Assembly (NCBI GenBank): GCA_001803315.1
Contig: MHBQ01000039.1
Span: 1-60,329 of the forward strand
Length of the DNA stretch: 60,329 nt
DNA from: Lentisphaerae bacterium RIFOXYC12_FULL_60_16
Lineage (GTDB): Bacteria; Verrucomicrobiota; Kiritimatiellia; UBA8416; YA12-FULL-60-10
Direction: 5' to 3'
A program made the position numbers and the translations under genes. The number at the start of each line of letters is the position of its first letter. Within the stretch, counting starts at the first letter, position 1. Below are positions 26,896 through 37,151 of the stretch, piece by piece. The notes beneath the pieces were generated by a model that was not told where the DNA came from, did not search any database, and worked only from the letters and a program-made list of their open reading frames with translations.

Positions 26896-27750
26896 TCAGG
26901 CCAGGGTGCGGCGCATGGCGAGACGGTAGCGGCGGGGGGTCTGGTTGCAAAAGCGCTGGAAGGCAATATACAGGCGGCAGACGGTATGAAATCCACTTTG
27001 CCGCGCGATCTCGGATATCTTCAGGTCACTGGTGACCAGCAGGCGCTGGGCGGAGGAAACCCGGATGCGGGTCAGGTAGTCAATGATACTCATGCCGCTG
27101 GTACGTTTGAACAACCGCATGCCGTAACCGGGACTCAACCCGGCGGCGGCAGTCACTTCCCGGACCGTCAGGGGAGATTCGCTGTGTTGGGCAATGGTCT
27201 TGGCCATGGTTTCAAAGGCTTCCGCATGGTCATCGACATCATGACCGGGATGATGGCGGGATGCGGTGATGGATTGCGCCATCAGGCGGAGCCGCCGCTG
27301 GATGTCGAGCAGGATGATCTCGCGCGAATCAGCCGAATTACCATCCATGAGTTCCTGCCAGTGGTGCATCAGGGCGGTATCGGTGCAGGGGGTTGTCCGG
27401 GGTTTGTCCTGCACGATCTCTCCGCGCAACAACGGATCAAGCAGGGGTGCGGGCAACTGCCACTGGAGTACCCACGGGAGGGGGATGTGGAGTGACCGTG
27501 ACAGCATGGAGCGGGATGCCGACAGAATGCCGTGCGGCTGGGTGCCCCACAATACGGCCAGGCCACCGGGAAGCAGCGGGTAACGGCGTTGCCCCAACAA
27601 CACGGTGACTTTGCCGCGTTCCAGCAGGACCAGTTCCACTTCGTTGTGCCAGTGCAACGGGCGGTGGCGGGGCGACCAGGCCGGTTCCATGAAGAAGCCG
27701 GGTTCCCAGAAATTCACCGTTGAATCATGGCTGGATGCCGGTCGTTTCAT
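26896..27750 (-). CDS. AraC-family transcriptional regulator
   Basis: Cupin HWHNEVE...PHG; C-terminal double HTH (ISEIARQSGF...TPRRYR). Confidence 0.95.
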   Translation of the reverse strand: MKRPASSHDSTVNFWEPGFFMEPAWSPRHRPLHWHNEVELVLLERGKVTVLLGQRRYPLLPGGLAVLWGTQPHGILSASRSMLSRSLHIPLPWVLQWQLPAPLLDPLLRGEIVQDKPRTTPCTDTALMHHWQELMDGNSADSREIILLDIQRRLRLMAQSITASRHHPGHDVDDHAEAFETMAKTIAQHSESPLTVREVTAAAGLSPGYGMRLFKRTSGMSIIDYLTRIRVSSAQRLLVTSDLKISEIARQSGFHTVCRLYIAFQRFCNQTPRRYRLAMRRTLA

Positions 27751-27958
27751 GTAGGCAGGATAGTATATAATATTGGCAGGATACAGCAGTTAATTTTATA
27801 AACAGGTTTTTGGATGGCGTGGTAAGGTTGGGTCGTCGTTGTCGGGATTTATCTTTTGGAGATCAGGAACGGGGCTCCAGAAGCAGGTGTGAAAGGTTTC
27901 TCTGGTGGAGCCGGCCTGAGTTCGGGCTGGTCCGGAAATGGAAACAGGGAGGAAACTT

Positions 27959-30310
27959 ATGAAGCGGAGCAAGTTGCCGGAACCGGATTACCAGGCTGCA
28001 TGCGGTTGGTGGGCGGATCTGCCGAATATCTGGACGCCGGTCGGCTGGCGGGAACACATGTTCCGTTTCAATGTCCTCTATAACGGCACCTTGTTGGCCC
28101 AACCGAACATGAACCGCCGCACCTCGTCGTATGATGGGCAGGGCCTGCAGTTGGGATTTGCACCCCATTGGACCAACTGGTTCACCGAATGGCCGCATTC
28201 ATATCTCCGGCATGATGACGGGCAGGTATTGCAGGGATGGACCGAAGATCAGGCGCCGGTCCTGTGGACCGAATGGGCACGGGATGGCGTGGTGTTGCGG
28301 CAATATGTTTTTGCGCATGTTCCCGGCGGACAGGAAACCCAGACCGGGACCGAGCCGTTGTTTGCATGGGTCCGCCTGACGGTTCATGCGGTGTGTCCCG
28401 CCCTGCCGGTCGAGGAGCGCCATGGGTTCAACCTGGTCTTTCATCGTCCGCATATCAGCGCCGGGATGAGTACCCGCGATAACATCCAGGTCTGGGCGCA
28501 CCAGTACAGGAAAGAGGATGGCATCCAGACGGAACCGGATCGACGGCGCAGACTGTTCACCTATCCCCGTGAACTCAAGCCGGAAATGGCCGGGTATGAT
28601 CCCAAGCAGGCCTATCGGATCCTGGAACCGGATGGAAAGGTCCGGCTGGCGGTGGCCGCCGGCGGGCGGGATGTGACCGCGGAATGGAAGGACGTGGATA
28701 CGGAACTCAGTCGCCCGGCAAACCGCCTGTACCTTCAGTTTCCGGCGAGGAAGGGCGCGAGTATCGACTTGCTGGTTCCGATGTTGCCGGTGGATCGGGA
28801 AACGATGGACCGGGAACTGGCTGTCGGCCGGGACAAGGCGCTGGCGGAATCGGCGGCATTCTGGAAGCGGATCAACGCGACATCGAGCCGGATTGAGGTT
28901 CCTGAACCGGCTGTTGGCGAGGTCATCCGGCACAGTACGCGTTTCAGCCAGATCCTGTCGGAACGGAATCCGGAAACGAAGAAAGTCTGTAAACTCAGCG
29001 GGGCCTGGGTCTATGCGGACTTGTGGACGACGCCCGGCGCAATGGACCTGGTGATGATGATGGATGTGTTGGGGCACCACGATACGGTGGTACGGTATCT
29101 CGACATATTCCGGGAGGAGCAGGGGACCGTGGTTCCCCCGGGCGCCGCCTACGAGATGCATCCGGGTTACCTCAGCACACCGGCCCTGTACAAGTCCATT
29201 GACTGGTTGTCCGACAACGGGGCGGTTCTCTGGACGATCTGCATGCATTACCTGCTGTCCGGTGACCGGGAATATCTGGCGCGTTTCACGGACTGCATTG
29301 TGAAGAGCTGTGACTGGATCAAGGCCATGCGGGCCAAGACCGGCCACGGCGGCTACGAGGGGGTTCTGCCTCCGGCGGTTGCCACCGATGCCCAGACCAA
29401 GATCCAGGCGGTCTGGTCGATCGGATGGAACTACAAGGGATTGTGCGCCGCGGTGCGGATCCTGAAGGAAATCGGTCATCCGCGCGCCGCTGAGTTCGAG
29501 GCGGAAGCCGCCGATTACCAGTCAGCCTATGTGAAAGCCCTGCGCGACAAGTGCCGCAAGATGCCGGTGTGGACGGATGCGCGCGGGCAGAAACGGCGGT
29601 TTGTCCCGACGGCCTTGGCCGGAGACGAGAAGGCGGAAAGCCGGCATGCCTTCTATCTCGATACCGGACCGCTGTTCCATGTGTTCGCCGGATTATTGCC
29701 TGCCGAAGACCCCCTGATGAAGGACACGATTGCCTGGTTTCGGGAAGGGCCGCAACGGGCCTTCTACCGGCGGGATTCGAACTGCTGGCAGGTGCCGGTA
29801 CTCGACCACGAGATGTCGAGTTGCGAGCCGTGCTACTCGTGGAACGTGTTTTTTTCATGGCAGACGGGGGATCGGGACCGGTTCATGGAAGGGATGTACA
29901 GCCTGTTCGCGGGATCGGTCTCGCGCAAGACGGGGATTTCCTGCGAAACGCGGGGCGGCATCACCGGCACGGTCTTTTCGGCGCCGCTGGCCATCTACCT
30001 GGCGCGCCTGGCCGTGGTGGACGACCAGATCCGGCCGGACGAACTGCATCTCCTGAGGCTGATGCCGCTGGCGTGGTTGAAGCCGGGCGCTGAAAGCCGG
30101 TTTGACGCGATGCCGACGGAATATGGTCCGGTCAGTCTGCATACCCGCTGCTCGCGCAAGGGGAAGAAGCTCTGGATCACCTGGGAGCCGGCATTCCGGA
30201 CCTCGCCGGCGCGTGTATGGCTGCATATTCCGCCGGTTCCGGGGTTGGAACAGGTCATTGTGAACGGGGTCCCGGCCCGTATCGGGAAGAAGCCCCTGCG
30301 GCTGGGGTGA
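27959..30310 (+). CDS. Hypothetical protein, probable (alpha/alpha)6 glycosidase-like fold
   Basis: DNGAVLW..CMHYLLSGDREYL, GVLPP, PTEYGPVS pattern; no signal peptide; first gene of the sugar cluster. Confidence 0.55.
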   Translation: MKRSKLPEPDYQAACGWWADLPNIWTPVGWREHMFRFNVLYNGTLLAQPNMNRRTSSYDGQGLQLGFAPHWTNWFTEWPHSYLRHDDGQVLQGWTEDQAPVLWTEWARDGVVLRQYVFAHVPGGQETQTGTEPLFAWVRLTVHAVCPALPVEERHGFNLVFHRPHISAGMSTRDNIQVWAHQYRKEDGIQTEPDRRRRLFTYPRELKPEMAGYDPKQAYRILEPDGKVRLAVAAGGRDVTAEWKDVDTELSRPANRLYLQFPARKGASIDLLVPMLPVDRETMDRELAVGRDKALAESAAFWKRINATSSRIEVPEPAVGEVIRHSTRFSQILSERNPETKKVCKLSGAWVYADLWTTPGAMDLVMMMDVLGHHDTVVRYLDIFREEQGTVVPPGAAYEMHPGYLSTPALYKSIDWLSDNGAVLWTICMHYLLSGDREYLARFTDCIVKSCDWIKAMRAKTGHGGYEGVLPPAVATDAQTKIQAVWSIGWNYKGLCAAVRILKEIGHPRAAEFEAEAADYQSAYVKALRDKCRKMPVWTDARGQKRRFVPTALAGDEKAESRHAFYLDTGPLFHVFAGLLPAEDPLMKDTIAWFREGPQRAFYRRDSNCWQVPVLDHEMSSCEPCYSWNVFFSWQTGDRDRFMEGMYSLFAGSVSRKTGISCETRGGITGTVFSAPLAIYLARLAVVDDQIRPDELHLLRLMPLAWLKPGAESRFDAMPTEYGPVSLHTRCSRKGKKLWITWEPAFRTSPARVWLHIPPVPGLEQVIVNGVPARIGKKPLRLG

Positions 30311-30325
30311 GCGGGGGGATCCGGA

Positions 30326-30493
30326 CGGCTCACGTGGACGCTCGCCCTCCATGGGGCGGACGGGTGGGATGGGAGCGGCGGTGACAGTGCGCCGCCCTCC
30401 ATGGGGCGGACGGGTGGCGTGGGTGAGTTAAGGACGGGCGTGGTGAGTATGTGTTGTGCGAAGCGCCTGGAGGGCGAGCGTCCACGCGAGCCG
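30326..30493. repeat. REPIN-like inverted REP pair with internal direct repeat
   Basis: 30326-30351 is the inverted copy of 30468-30493 (one mismatch); 25-bp direct repeat at 30343 and 30393. Confidence 0.8.
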
Positions 30494-30531
30494 TTCCGGG
30501 ATTTCGGCTGTTGACCAAAAGGGGAATTGTC

Positions 30532-31239
30532 ATGCATGTCGTATCGATCATGGCGCACCAGGATGACGAGATGCGGTGTCTGGGCACGATGCTCAAATGC
30601 CGGGATCGCGGGGATACCCTGCATTTCGTCACCGTGACCGACGGGTCCGGCGGGTTTGTGCAACAACCGGATATTTCACGGGAAGACGGCGCCCGCATCC
30701 GGCATGAGGAGATGACCGCGCTGGCGAAGGCGGCCGGGGCCGATTATCTCAACCTGCGGGAACATGACGAATATCTCTACGATACGCCGGAGGTCCGGCA
30801 CGCGATCATCGAGGCGTTGCGCCGGACGCGCGCCGACCTGGTGTTCACGCATTACGCGGACGACTACAACCTCGACCACACCACGACCTATCAGCTGGTC
30901 CGGCACTGCGCGATGCATGCCTGCCTGCCGATGGTGCGGACCGAGTCGCCGCCCTTGAAGGCGCATCCGGCGGTGTTCTGCGTGGAACCGCACGGACCGA
31001 TCCCGTTCCCGGCCACCCACTTTGTGGACATCACGGCATACGAGGACCGCAAGATCGGGTTGCTCCAGCATCACGTGTCGCAGGAAACGGCGATGCAACT
31101 GGCGGTCAAGGCGGGGTTCGACAAGTTGTGCCGCCGTCCGGACGCCTACTGGGGTGAGAAGCTGGGGTGTGATTACGCGGAATGTTTCTCGGCCATGCCG
31201 GCGCGCGGGGCGGTGAAACCGTTCGCCGTTCTACCGTAA
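30532..31239 (+). CDS. PIG-L/LmbE-family N-deacetylase
   Basis: AHQDDE, R..E, DYNLDH, HVSQ. Confidence 0.9.
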   Translation: MHVVSIMAHQDDEMRCLGTMLKCRDRGDTLHFVTVTDGSGGFVQQPDISREDGARIRHEEMTALAKAAGADYLNLREHDEYLYDTPEVRHAIIEALRRTRADLVFTHYADDYNLDHTTTYQLVRHCAMHACLPMVRTESPPLKAHPAVFCVEPHGPIPFPATHFVDITAYEDRKIGLLQHHVSQETAMQLAVKAGFDKLCRRPDAYWGEKLGCDYAECFSAMPARGAVKPFAVLP

Positions 31240-31258
31240 CCGCCGGATACCGGAGGGG

Positions 31259-32317
31259 ATGATGAAGCAGAAGGCCAGGATACGGATCGGGTTGATCGGT
31301 GCGGGGTGGATGGGGCGGCATCATGCGGGGAATATCATGCGGAACCCGGATGCCGAGTTGGCGGGGGTGGCCGACGTGAACGAGGTCAACATCGCCCACC
31401 TGCGGCAGGATGCCGGCTGGGACGGCCCGGTATACAAGGACCACCAGTCCCTGCTGGAATCGGCCGTGGATGCCGTGGTGATTGCCTCGCCCAACAGCCA
31501 TCATGCGGCGATGTGCCTGGATGCAGCCCATGCCGGCAAGCACCTCTACTGTGAGAAACCGATGGCTATCACGCTGGAGGATTGCCGCCGGATACGCGAT
31601 GCGGTGCGCAAGGCGCGGGTAAAATACCTGATCGGTTACCACCGGCGGTTGAATCCCCTCTACCAATACGCCCATCAGCTGGTGCGGGAAGGCCGGTTGG
31701 GTGATGTGTTCATGGTGGAGTCGGATTACCTGCACCATATTCCGGGTGACTGGGATATCTGGTCCTGGCTGGGCAAGGAGGGTGTGGCCGGCAGTTTGTT
31801 CCATGCCGGCAGCGGGCATAACGTGGACCTGATCCGGTTCTTCGGCGGGGATATCGCCGAGGTGTCCTGCATGAAGGGAACCTTCCTGCCGCGCAAGCAG
31901 CAGGTGGAAACCGAAGATACCGCGCTGGCGATGTTCCGGTTCGCCAGCGGGGCCGTCGGCAAGGTGCAGTTTTGTGTCGGTCCCATCCTTCCGTTCCAGT
32001 TCAACCTGCGGCTTTACGGCACCCGCGGATCGGTGCTCAACAACCGGGTCTGGCTGGATTCGATTCCGAAATTCGCCGATCCGGGCCATGAACGCGACTG
32101 TGTCGAACTGCCTGCCAGCTGGGTCCCGGACAATGTCCAGGGTGGCATTTCCGAGCCGTGGGGCAAGTTGATGGATCATTTTGTGGACATGATGGTGCGC
32201 GAGGTTCCGTGCCTGAATGATGTGGACAGCGCTTTCCAGACATCGGCGGCATGTTTTGCAGCCATGGAGGCGGCCAAACGCAACACGGTGATCAACCTCA
32301 AGGAGATGATGCAATGA
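31259..32317 (+). CDS. Gfo/Idh/MocA oxidoreductase
   Basis: GLIGAGWMG, CEKPM, GHNVD. Confidence 0.95.
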   Translation: MMKQKARIRIGLIGAGWMGRHHAGNIMRNPDAELAGVADVNEVNIAHLRQDAGWDGPVYKDHQSLLESAVDAVVIASPNSHHAAMCLDAAHAGKHLYCEKPMAITLEDCRRIRDAVRKARVKYLIGYHRRLNPLYQYAHQLVREGRLGDVFMVESDYLHHIPGDWDIWSWLGKEGVAGSLFHAGSGHNVDLIRFFGGDIAEVSCMKGTFLPRKQQVETEDTALAMFRFASGAVGKVQFCVGPILPFQFNLRLYGTRGSVLNNRVWLDSIPKFADPGHERDCVELPASWVPDNVQGGISEPWGKLMDHFVDMMVREVPCLNDVDSAFQTSAACFAAMEAAKRNTVINLKEMMQ

Positions 32318-33504
32318 ACTATGGACCTTTTGCCCGTGAATTACGGACGCTGGGTGAAACCGAGCTGTCCTACCTGCGCGAGATCTTCGAGCGCGGGCGC
32401 ATGAGTATCTTCTTCAATGAAGGCGGCTTTGTGGAACGGTTCCAGAATGCCTTTGCGCATTACACCGGCGCCAAGCGCGCCCTGGCCCGTTGCAACGGCA
32501 TGTGCGCCCTGGCCGAGGCCGTGAGCGTGAGCGGGGCCAAGGCCGGCAACGAGATCATCTGCGACCCCGTGGTACATTTCGGCGGGCTGGCTGCGCTGTA
32601 TTGGAACTGTATTCCACGGTTCGCTGACATTGAAACTGACACCTATTGCATGGATCCCGCCTCGCTTGAAGCCAACATCACCGACAACACCAAGGCGGTG
32701 ATTGTCACCCACCTGTGGGGGTTGCCGGCGCGAATCGACACGATCCGGGACATCTGCCGGAAACGCGGGCTGTTCCTGATCGAGGATTGCGCCCACGCCG
32801 TGGGAGCCCGGTGGAACGGACAGCATGTCGGAACCTTCGGCAACATGGGGATGTTCAGCTTCCAGGAATTCAAGCAATTGTCCACCGGTGACGGCGCCAT
32901 GAATACGGTCAACGACGAGAAGCTCGCCTGGAACATGGAGAATGTCTGGCGGTTCTCGGGCGAGAGCCCGGCCATGATGACGCTGAACTGGCGGATGAAC
33001 GAGATGACCGCGGCCGTTGGCCTGGCGCAGTTGGAGAAGGTGGATGACATTATCGGATCCACCTACAACGCCACGCTCCGGATGTTCAACGAGGCCATCC
33101 GGGGCTGTGACTGGTTGAAACTGCGCCACGTTCCGGCGGAAGCGACGCAGGCCGGGTACTGGTTTGCCTGCACGTGGCAGGGGGACCGGTGCGGGTTGGA
33201 TTACGCCCGATTCAAGCAATTGAACGAGACCCTGGGACTCGGGTTGCGGTTTGGCTTCAACGAGACGGCGCCTTACCAGTTTGATTTCTTCCGCAAGGGG
33301 GACATTTACGGGAACGGGGTTCCCTACCATACGCCGCCGTTCACCCAGTTGAGCCAGTACCGGTACCGGGACGGGCTGTGTCCGGTGGTGGAGGATGTCA
33401 TGCCACGCCTGGTAACGGTGAATCTGATCTTCCTGTCCAGGGAAGATGCCGCCCGGCAGGCGGACAAACTGCATGAGGCGATTGCCGTCATGAACCGCGG
33501 GTGA
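32314..33504 (+). CDS. DegT/DnrJ/EryC1/StrS sugar aminotransferase
   Basis: IEDCAHAVG, FSFQEFKQLSTGDG (PLP lysine), NWRMNE. Confidence 0.95.
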   Translation: MNYGPFARELRTLGETELSYLREIFERGRMSIFFNEGGFVERFQNAFAHYTGAKRALARCNGMCALAEAVSVSGAKAGNEIICDPVVHFGGLAALYWNCIPRFADIETDTYCMDPASLEANITDNTKAVIVTHLWGLPARIDTIRDICRKRGLFLIEDCAHAVGARWNGQHVGTFGNMGMFSFQEFKQLSTGDGAMNTVNDEKLAWNMENVWRFSGESPAMMTLNWRMNEMTAAVGLAQLEKVDDIIGSTYNATLRMFNEAIRGCDWLKLRHVPAEATQAGYWFACTWQGDRCGLDYARFKQLNETLGLGLRFGFNETAPYQFDFFRKGDIYGNGVPYHTPPFTQLSQYRYRDGLCPVVEDVMPRLVTVNLIFLSREDAARQADKLHEAIAVMNRG

Positions 33505-33509
33505 GCCGG

Positions 33510-34271
33510 ATGTCGGAGCAACGGGATTGTCGGGAGGATCCGGGCGGGATCCGGATGGAATCGCTCGGGCGGTTCAGCCTGGGGTTTGAACGGGGCGGTA
33601 AACTGCTTGGTTTGAGCCATGAAGCGCTGGGTGGATTGTTGAACCAGGCGGATTACCGGTTCGATTGCGGCGATGGCCGGGTGTTTGTTCCGGCGGGCTG
33701 GGACGAGTGTTTCCCGACCATTGAACCTTTCGATGCCAGCCCGGTCATGGGTGATTTGATCGGGGTTGAGCCCTGCATCCAGCGTGACCGGCATTCGGTG
33801 CGGCAGACGTGGACCTTTCCCCGATACGACGTGGAGCGGGTCTTTTCCGGTTCCGGCACAGACCGGATGAAGGTTGAATTCACCGTGCGGAACCGGACCG
33901 CCGTTCCGATTCCGTTCCTGTGGGCCAGCCATGCCTTGTTTTCCGTCGAGGGACTGAGCCGGGTTGAGTTGCCGGACGGGACTTCGCTGGATCAATTTGC
34001 CCGGGATGGAACCTGCCGCAAATGGTTTGTGCAGAACCGGGCGCCCGTTATAATGCACCGCGATTCGGGTCGGGTGTCGATCCGGAGTGACCAGCCATAC
34101 TGGGGTCTCTGGTTGAACCGCGGCGGCTGGCCGGCCTCGGGGCACGCCGGGGTGGTATGTTTGGGGGTGGAAGCCACCACGACAGCCGGGGAAATCCCGG
34201 CGGGTCGCCATCTTGCCCCGGGGGAATCCTTCACGGGTCAGGTTGAGGTGGATGTGGAACTGACTCGCTAG
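33510..34271 (+). CDS. Aldose epimerase/galactose mutarotase-like protein
   Basis: GWDECFPT, FLWASH, LWLNRGGW, LGVE. Confidence 0.7.
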   Translation: MSEQRDCREDPGGIRMESLGRFSLGFERGGKLLGLSHEALGGLLNQADYRFDCGDGRVFVPAGWDECFPTIEPFDASPVMGDLIGVEPCIQRDRHSVRQTWTFPRYDVERVFSGSGTDRMKVEFTVRNRTAVPIPFLWASHALFSVEGLSRVELPDGTSLDQFARDGTCRKWFVQNRAPVIMHRDSGRVSIRSDQPYWGLWLNRGGWPASGHAGVVCLGVEATTTAGEIPAGRHLAPGESFTGQVEVDVELTR

Positions 34272-34296
34272 GGGTGTGGAAAGGGATTCGGGAACG

Positions 34297-35823
34297 ATGG
34301 AATTTCGTGCGGTCAAACGATCGTTGGTTGATTTGCTGGGTTCGGATTACCTGGATGCCGTATGCCGGGCGCAGGCATTGCTTTCGGGATGTCCGGAATC
34401 CGACCTGCAGGCGTTGAGTCGGGAACCGGTTGATTTCTGGCCGACGGATATGCAGCGGCACCTGCACACCCTCCTGCCGCACGTGGGGGGACGGGTGGCG
34501 GCCCCGTTGGCGGTTTCACCGGCGGGAGCCGGTACGGCGGCGTTTTGTGCTGTCAGCAAGTCCGCCATGGCACCGGTATCCGGACTCGGTTATTACCGGA
34601 TTTCGGAAGACGGCCGGTTGTTCGTTATTGCCAAGAGCGAGCACTACCACGTCTTGCTGGGCCATGGGTTTCCGGGTTACCGCCTGCTGGAACATGCCCG
34701 GCGGCTGGGCATACCCAATGCCACGCATAACAACACCCGTGGTCCGGTTGTCCGGAAGCTCGAGGAATCGTTGATCCGCCTGGCCAACGGAATGGGTGAG
34801 CAGGATCCTTTGACGGCGCTTGTCCCGGATCAGCTCAGCCGTGTGATCAACATTGAGACGGGGAGCCTGGCGGCGGAAACCGCGCTCAAGCTGGCGCTGG
34901 TCCGGTTCTATGATACCGAGGCGGGTGGTCCGGCCGCGCCGTATGCGGACCGGGTGCCGGTGATCCTGGTGGTGGGCAATGACGCGGGCGGTTTGCAGGG
35001 GAATTACCATGGCACCACCCTGATGCCGCAACTGATGCGCGGCATGTGGCCGGGATTGCTTGGCCGGATGGCGCCGGGAACCTTCCGCGTGGTGGCCGTG
35101 CGCCCGAATTCCATGGAGGACCTGGAGGCCGCTTTCCGGGAGCATGAACGCGCCCCGGCAAAGATTGCGGCGTTCTTCCATGAAATGGTCATGATGAACT
35201 ATGGCGCGCTTGTCATGACGCCGGAATTTTTGGAACGGGCCTATGCCCTGTGCCGGGAACATGACGTGCCGACCGTGGCGGATGAAATCCAGTCCTGCAT
35301 GTGGTATCCGGAAGGATTCCTGTACCGCCGGTACGGGCTGGCGCCCTCGATCGTGGTCGTGGGCAAGGGGTTTTCTGGCGGTGAATATGCGGCGTCCCGG
35401 GTGCTGGTCACGGAGGCGTTCGACCGGTTATCCCAGTTCGGCGCCCTGGTGACCAACGGGCAGGAAGAACTGGCGTCCCTGGCGTACCTGATCACGATGA
35501 CCTGGGTGCGCGAAAACCGGCCGGCCGTTGAAGCCATGGGCCGGGTTATCGAGGCCGGTATCCGGTCCCTGACCGGGGAATTCCCCGGTGTTTTGGCGGG
35601 AGCCTCAGGATGCGGGCACCTGATGGGGTTGCGGTTCCGTGACATCGATACCGGCAAACGGTTTGCGGAGGCCATGGTGCAGCGGGGATATGACATCAGT
35701 GTGCAGTCGTACAAGGCGGTTTGTCCGCCGGTCGCCCTGATCAAGCTTCCGCTGGTTGCCGATGAGCCGGTGGTTGAAAACATGGTTGGTCGCATGTGCG
35801 ATGTCCTGCAACGGCTTGCATGA
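34297..35823 (+). CDS. Class III PLP aminotransferase
   Basis: TGSLAAE, NYHG, ADEIQS, VVGKGFSGG. Confidence 0.85.
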   Translation: MEFRAVKRSLVDLLGSDYLDAVCRAQALLSGCPESDLQALSREPVDFWPTDMQRHLHTLLPHVGGRVAAPLAVSPAGAGTAAFCAVSKSAMAPVSGLGYYRISEDGRLFVIAKSEHYHVLLGHGFPGYRLLEHARRLGIPNATHNNTRGPVVRKLEESLIRLANGMGEQDPLTALVPDQLSRVINIETGSLAAETALKLALVRFYDTEAGGPAAPYADRVPVILVVGNDAGGLQGNYHGTTLMPQLMRGMWPGLLGRMAPGTFRVVAVRPNSMEDLEAAFREHERAPAKIAAFFHEMVMMNYGALVMTPEFLERAYALCREHDVPTVADEIQSCMWYPEGFLYRRYGLAPSIVVVGKGFSGGEYAASRVLVTEAFDRLSQFGALVTNGQEELASLAYLITMTWVRENRPAVEAMGRVIEAGIRSLTGEFPGVLAGASGCGHLMGLRFRDIDTGKRFAEAMVQRGYDISVQSYKAVCPPVALIKLPLVADEPVVENMVGRMCDVLQRLA

Positions 35824-35873
35824 ACCGGCAAAAAATGATTCCGTATTTTCCTCCGAAAAGGTACATATAAGGC

Positions 35874-37145
35874 ATGGTTAAACAACATGATAGTGGTGCG
35901 GGTGGACGGGTGATACGGGTTGAGTTCTCCCGGCCTGCCTTTTTTCTTATCCTGGTGTGCCTGGTTGCCTCCCCGATCGTGGTATGGCGGATGGCGGGGC
36001 GGGGGATGCCGGACCCGATGGATCCGGTCAAGGCTCCCGGTGTGGGGACGGAAGGACAGCGGGTGACCGGTCCCTGGGGGACGGTGCTGATCCGGCAGAC
36101 CGTGCTGGAACCGCCCCGTACCTCGTTTACCTATGTTGTGGAGCCGGGGTATCGTACCCGGTGGTGCTTCCGGGATATGGATCGCGACACCCTGCGCACC
36201 CGGTTGGTCAATGTGGGGATTGGTGAACGGGATGCCGACCTGCTGGTGCAGACCGCGGTTGCGGAAGCGCAGATCCGGGGATATCTTGTCTATCCTCCGG
36301 ATGATCTGGTGATCAATCTGCACCCTGACATCCGGGCCCGCGTGTATGCGCTCCTGGCGTTGGACCCGATCAACCCGTCGTATTGTTATCCGCACTCGTT
36401 CCGGTGCGACTCGGTCGACGAATGGTTGCAGGGCGCGACGATTCCCGATGCGGCCATGGAACGCCTGCGCAAGCTGGTATACCGGCGTGGTAAACGCCTG
36501 TGCCTGTCGGATATGCCGCTGGTGCTTCCGTTGATCGACTACCCGCTGGATGCCATCAATTTCAAACGCGCCCTTCAACGCGATATGGCGGTTACGATGC
36601 ACCTGGTGGTGGATGCCGGCGTCCCGGTTGACATGATGGTCGGTTACTGGGGGACGGGTGGTCGCGATGACCAGGTGGAGCCGATCATAGAATCCTTCCG
36701 GCGGGAAAAAGGCGGATTGCTGGACATCGTTTACCTGCTCCCCGGTTTTCCGGGCAGCCGGCTCAACCGGTTTCCCCTTCCGACGGCTCCCGACCAGGTG
36801 GTGCGCGATTGCCACTGGGCCAGCTTCAATTTCATGAACGCGGAACCGGATGACCGGTATGGCGCCTCACGGGAAGCGGTTCGGGACACCATTCATGAGC
36901 ATTTTATACAGGTCCGGCCGCCGGTGCGATTCGGTGACGTGGTGTTGTTGATCAACCGTGACAACGGGGCGGTGATCCATTCCTGCGTGTATGTGGCGGC
37001 GGATGTGGTGTATACCAAGGATGGGCCGACCCACCGGACCCCGTACGCGCTTAAACGGCTGGAAAACGTCGTGGATTATTACAAGGCCATTGCACCGGTC
37101 CAGGTGGAGTATTTCCGGCGACGAAACACCGATGAAACACCGTGA
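35874..37145 (+). CDS. Membrane-anchored hypothetical protein with possible papain-like C-terminal domain
   Basis: N-terminal TM; DCHW...FGDVV...HSCVY. Confidence 0.6.
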   Translation: MVKQHDSGAGGRVIRVEFSRPAFFLILVCLVASPIVVWRMAGRGMPDPMDPVKAPGVGTEGQRVTGPWGTVLIRQTVLEPPRTSFTYVVEPGYRTRWCFRDMDRDTLRTRLVNVGIGERDADLLVQTAVAEAQIRGYLVYPPDDLVINLHPDIRARVYALLALDPINPSYCYPHSFRCDSVDEWLQGATIPDAAMERLRKLVYRRGKRLCLSDMPLVLPLIDYPLDAINFKRALQRDMAVTMHLVVDAGVPVDMMVGYWGTGGRDDQVEPIIESFRREKGGLLDIVYLLPGFPGSRLNRFPLPTAPDQVVRDCHWASFNFMNAEPDDRYGASREAVRDTIHEHFIQVRPPVRFGDVVLLINRDNGAVIHSCVYVAADVVYTKDGPTHRTPYALKRLENVVDYYKAIAPVQVEYFRRRNTDETP

Positions 37146-37151
37146 GCGGTC

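Noticed and set aside
30343-30417. CRISPR array (25-bp repeat, 25-bp spacer)
   Set aside because: Only two copies, embedded in REP-like palindromes, and no cas genes.
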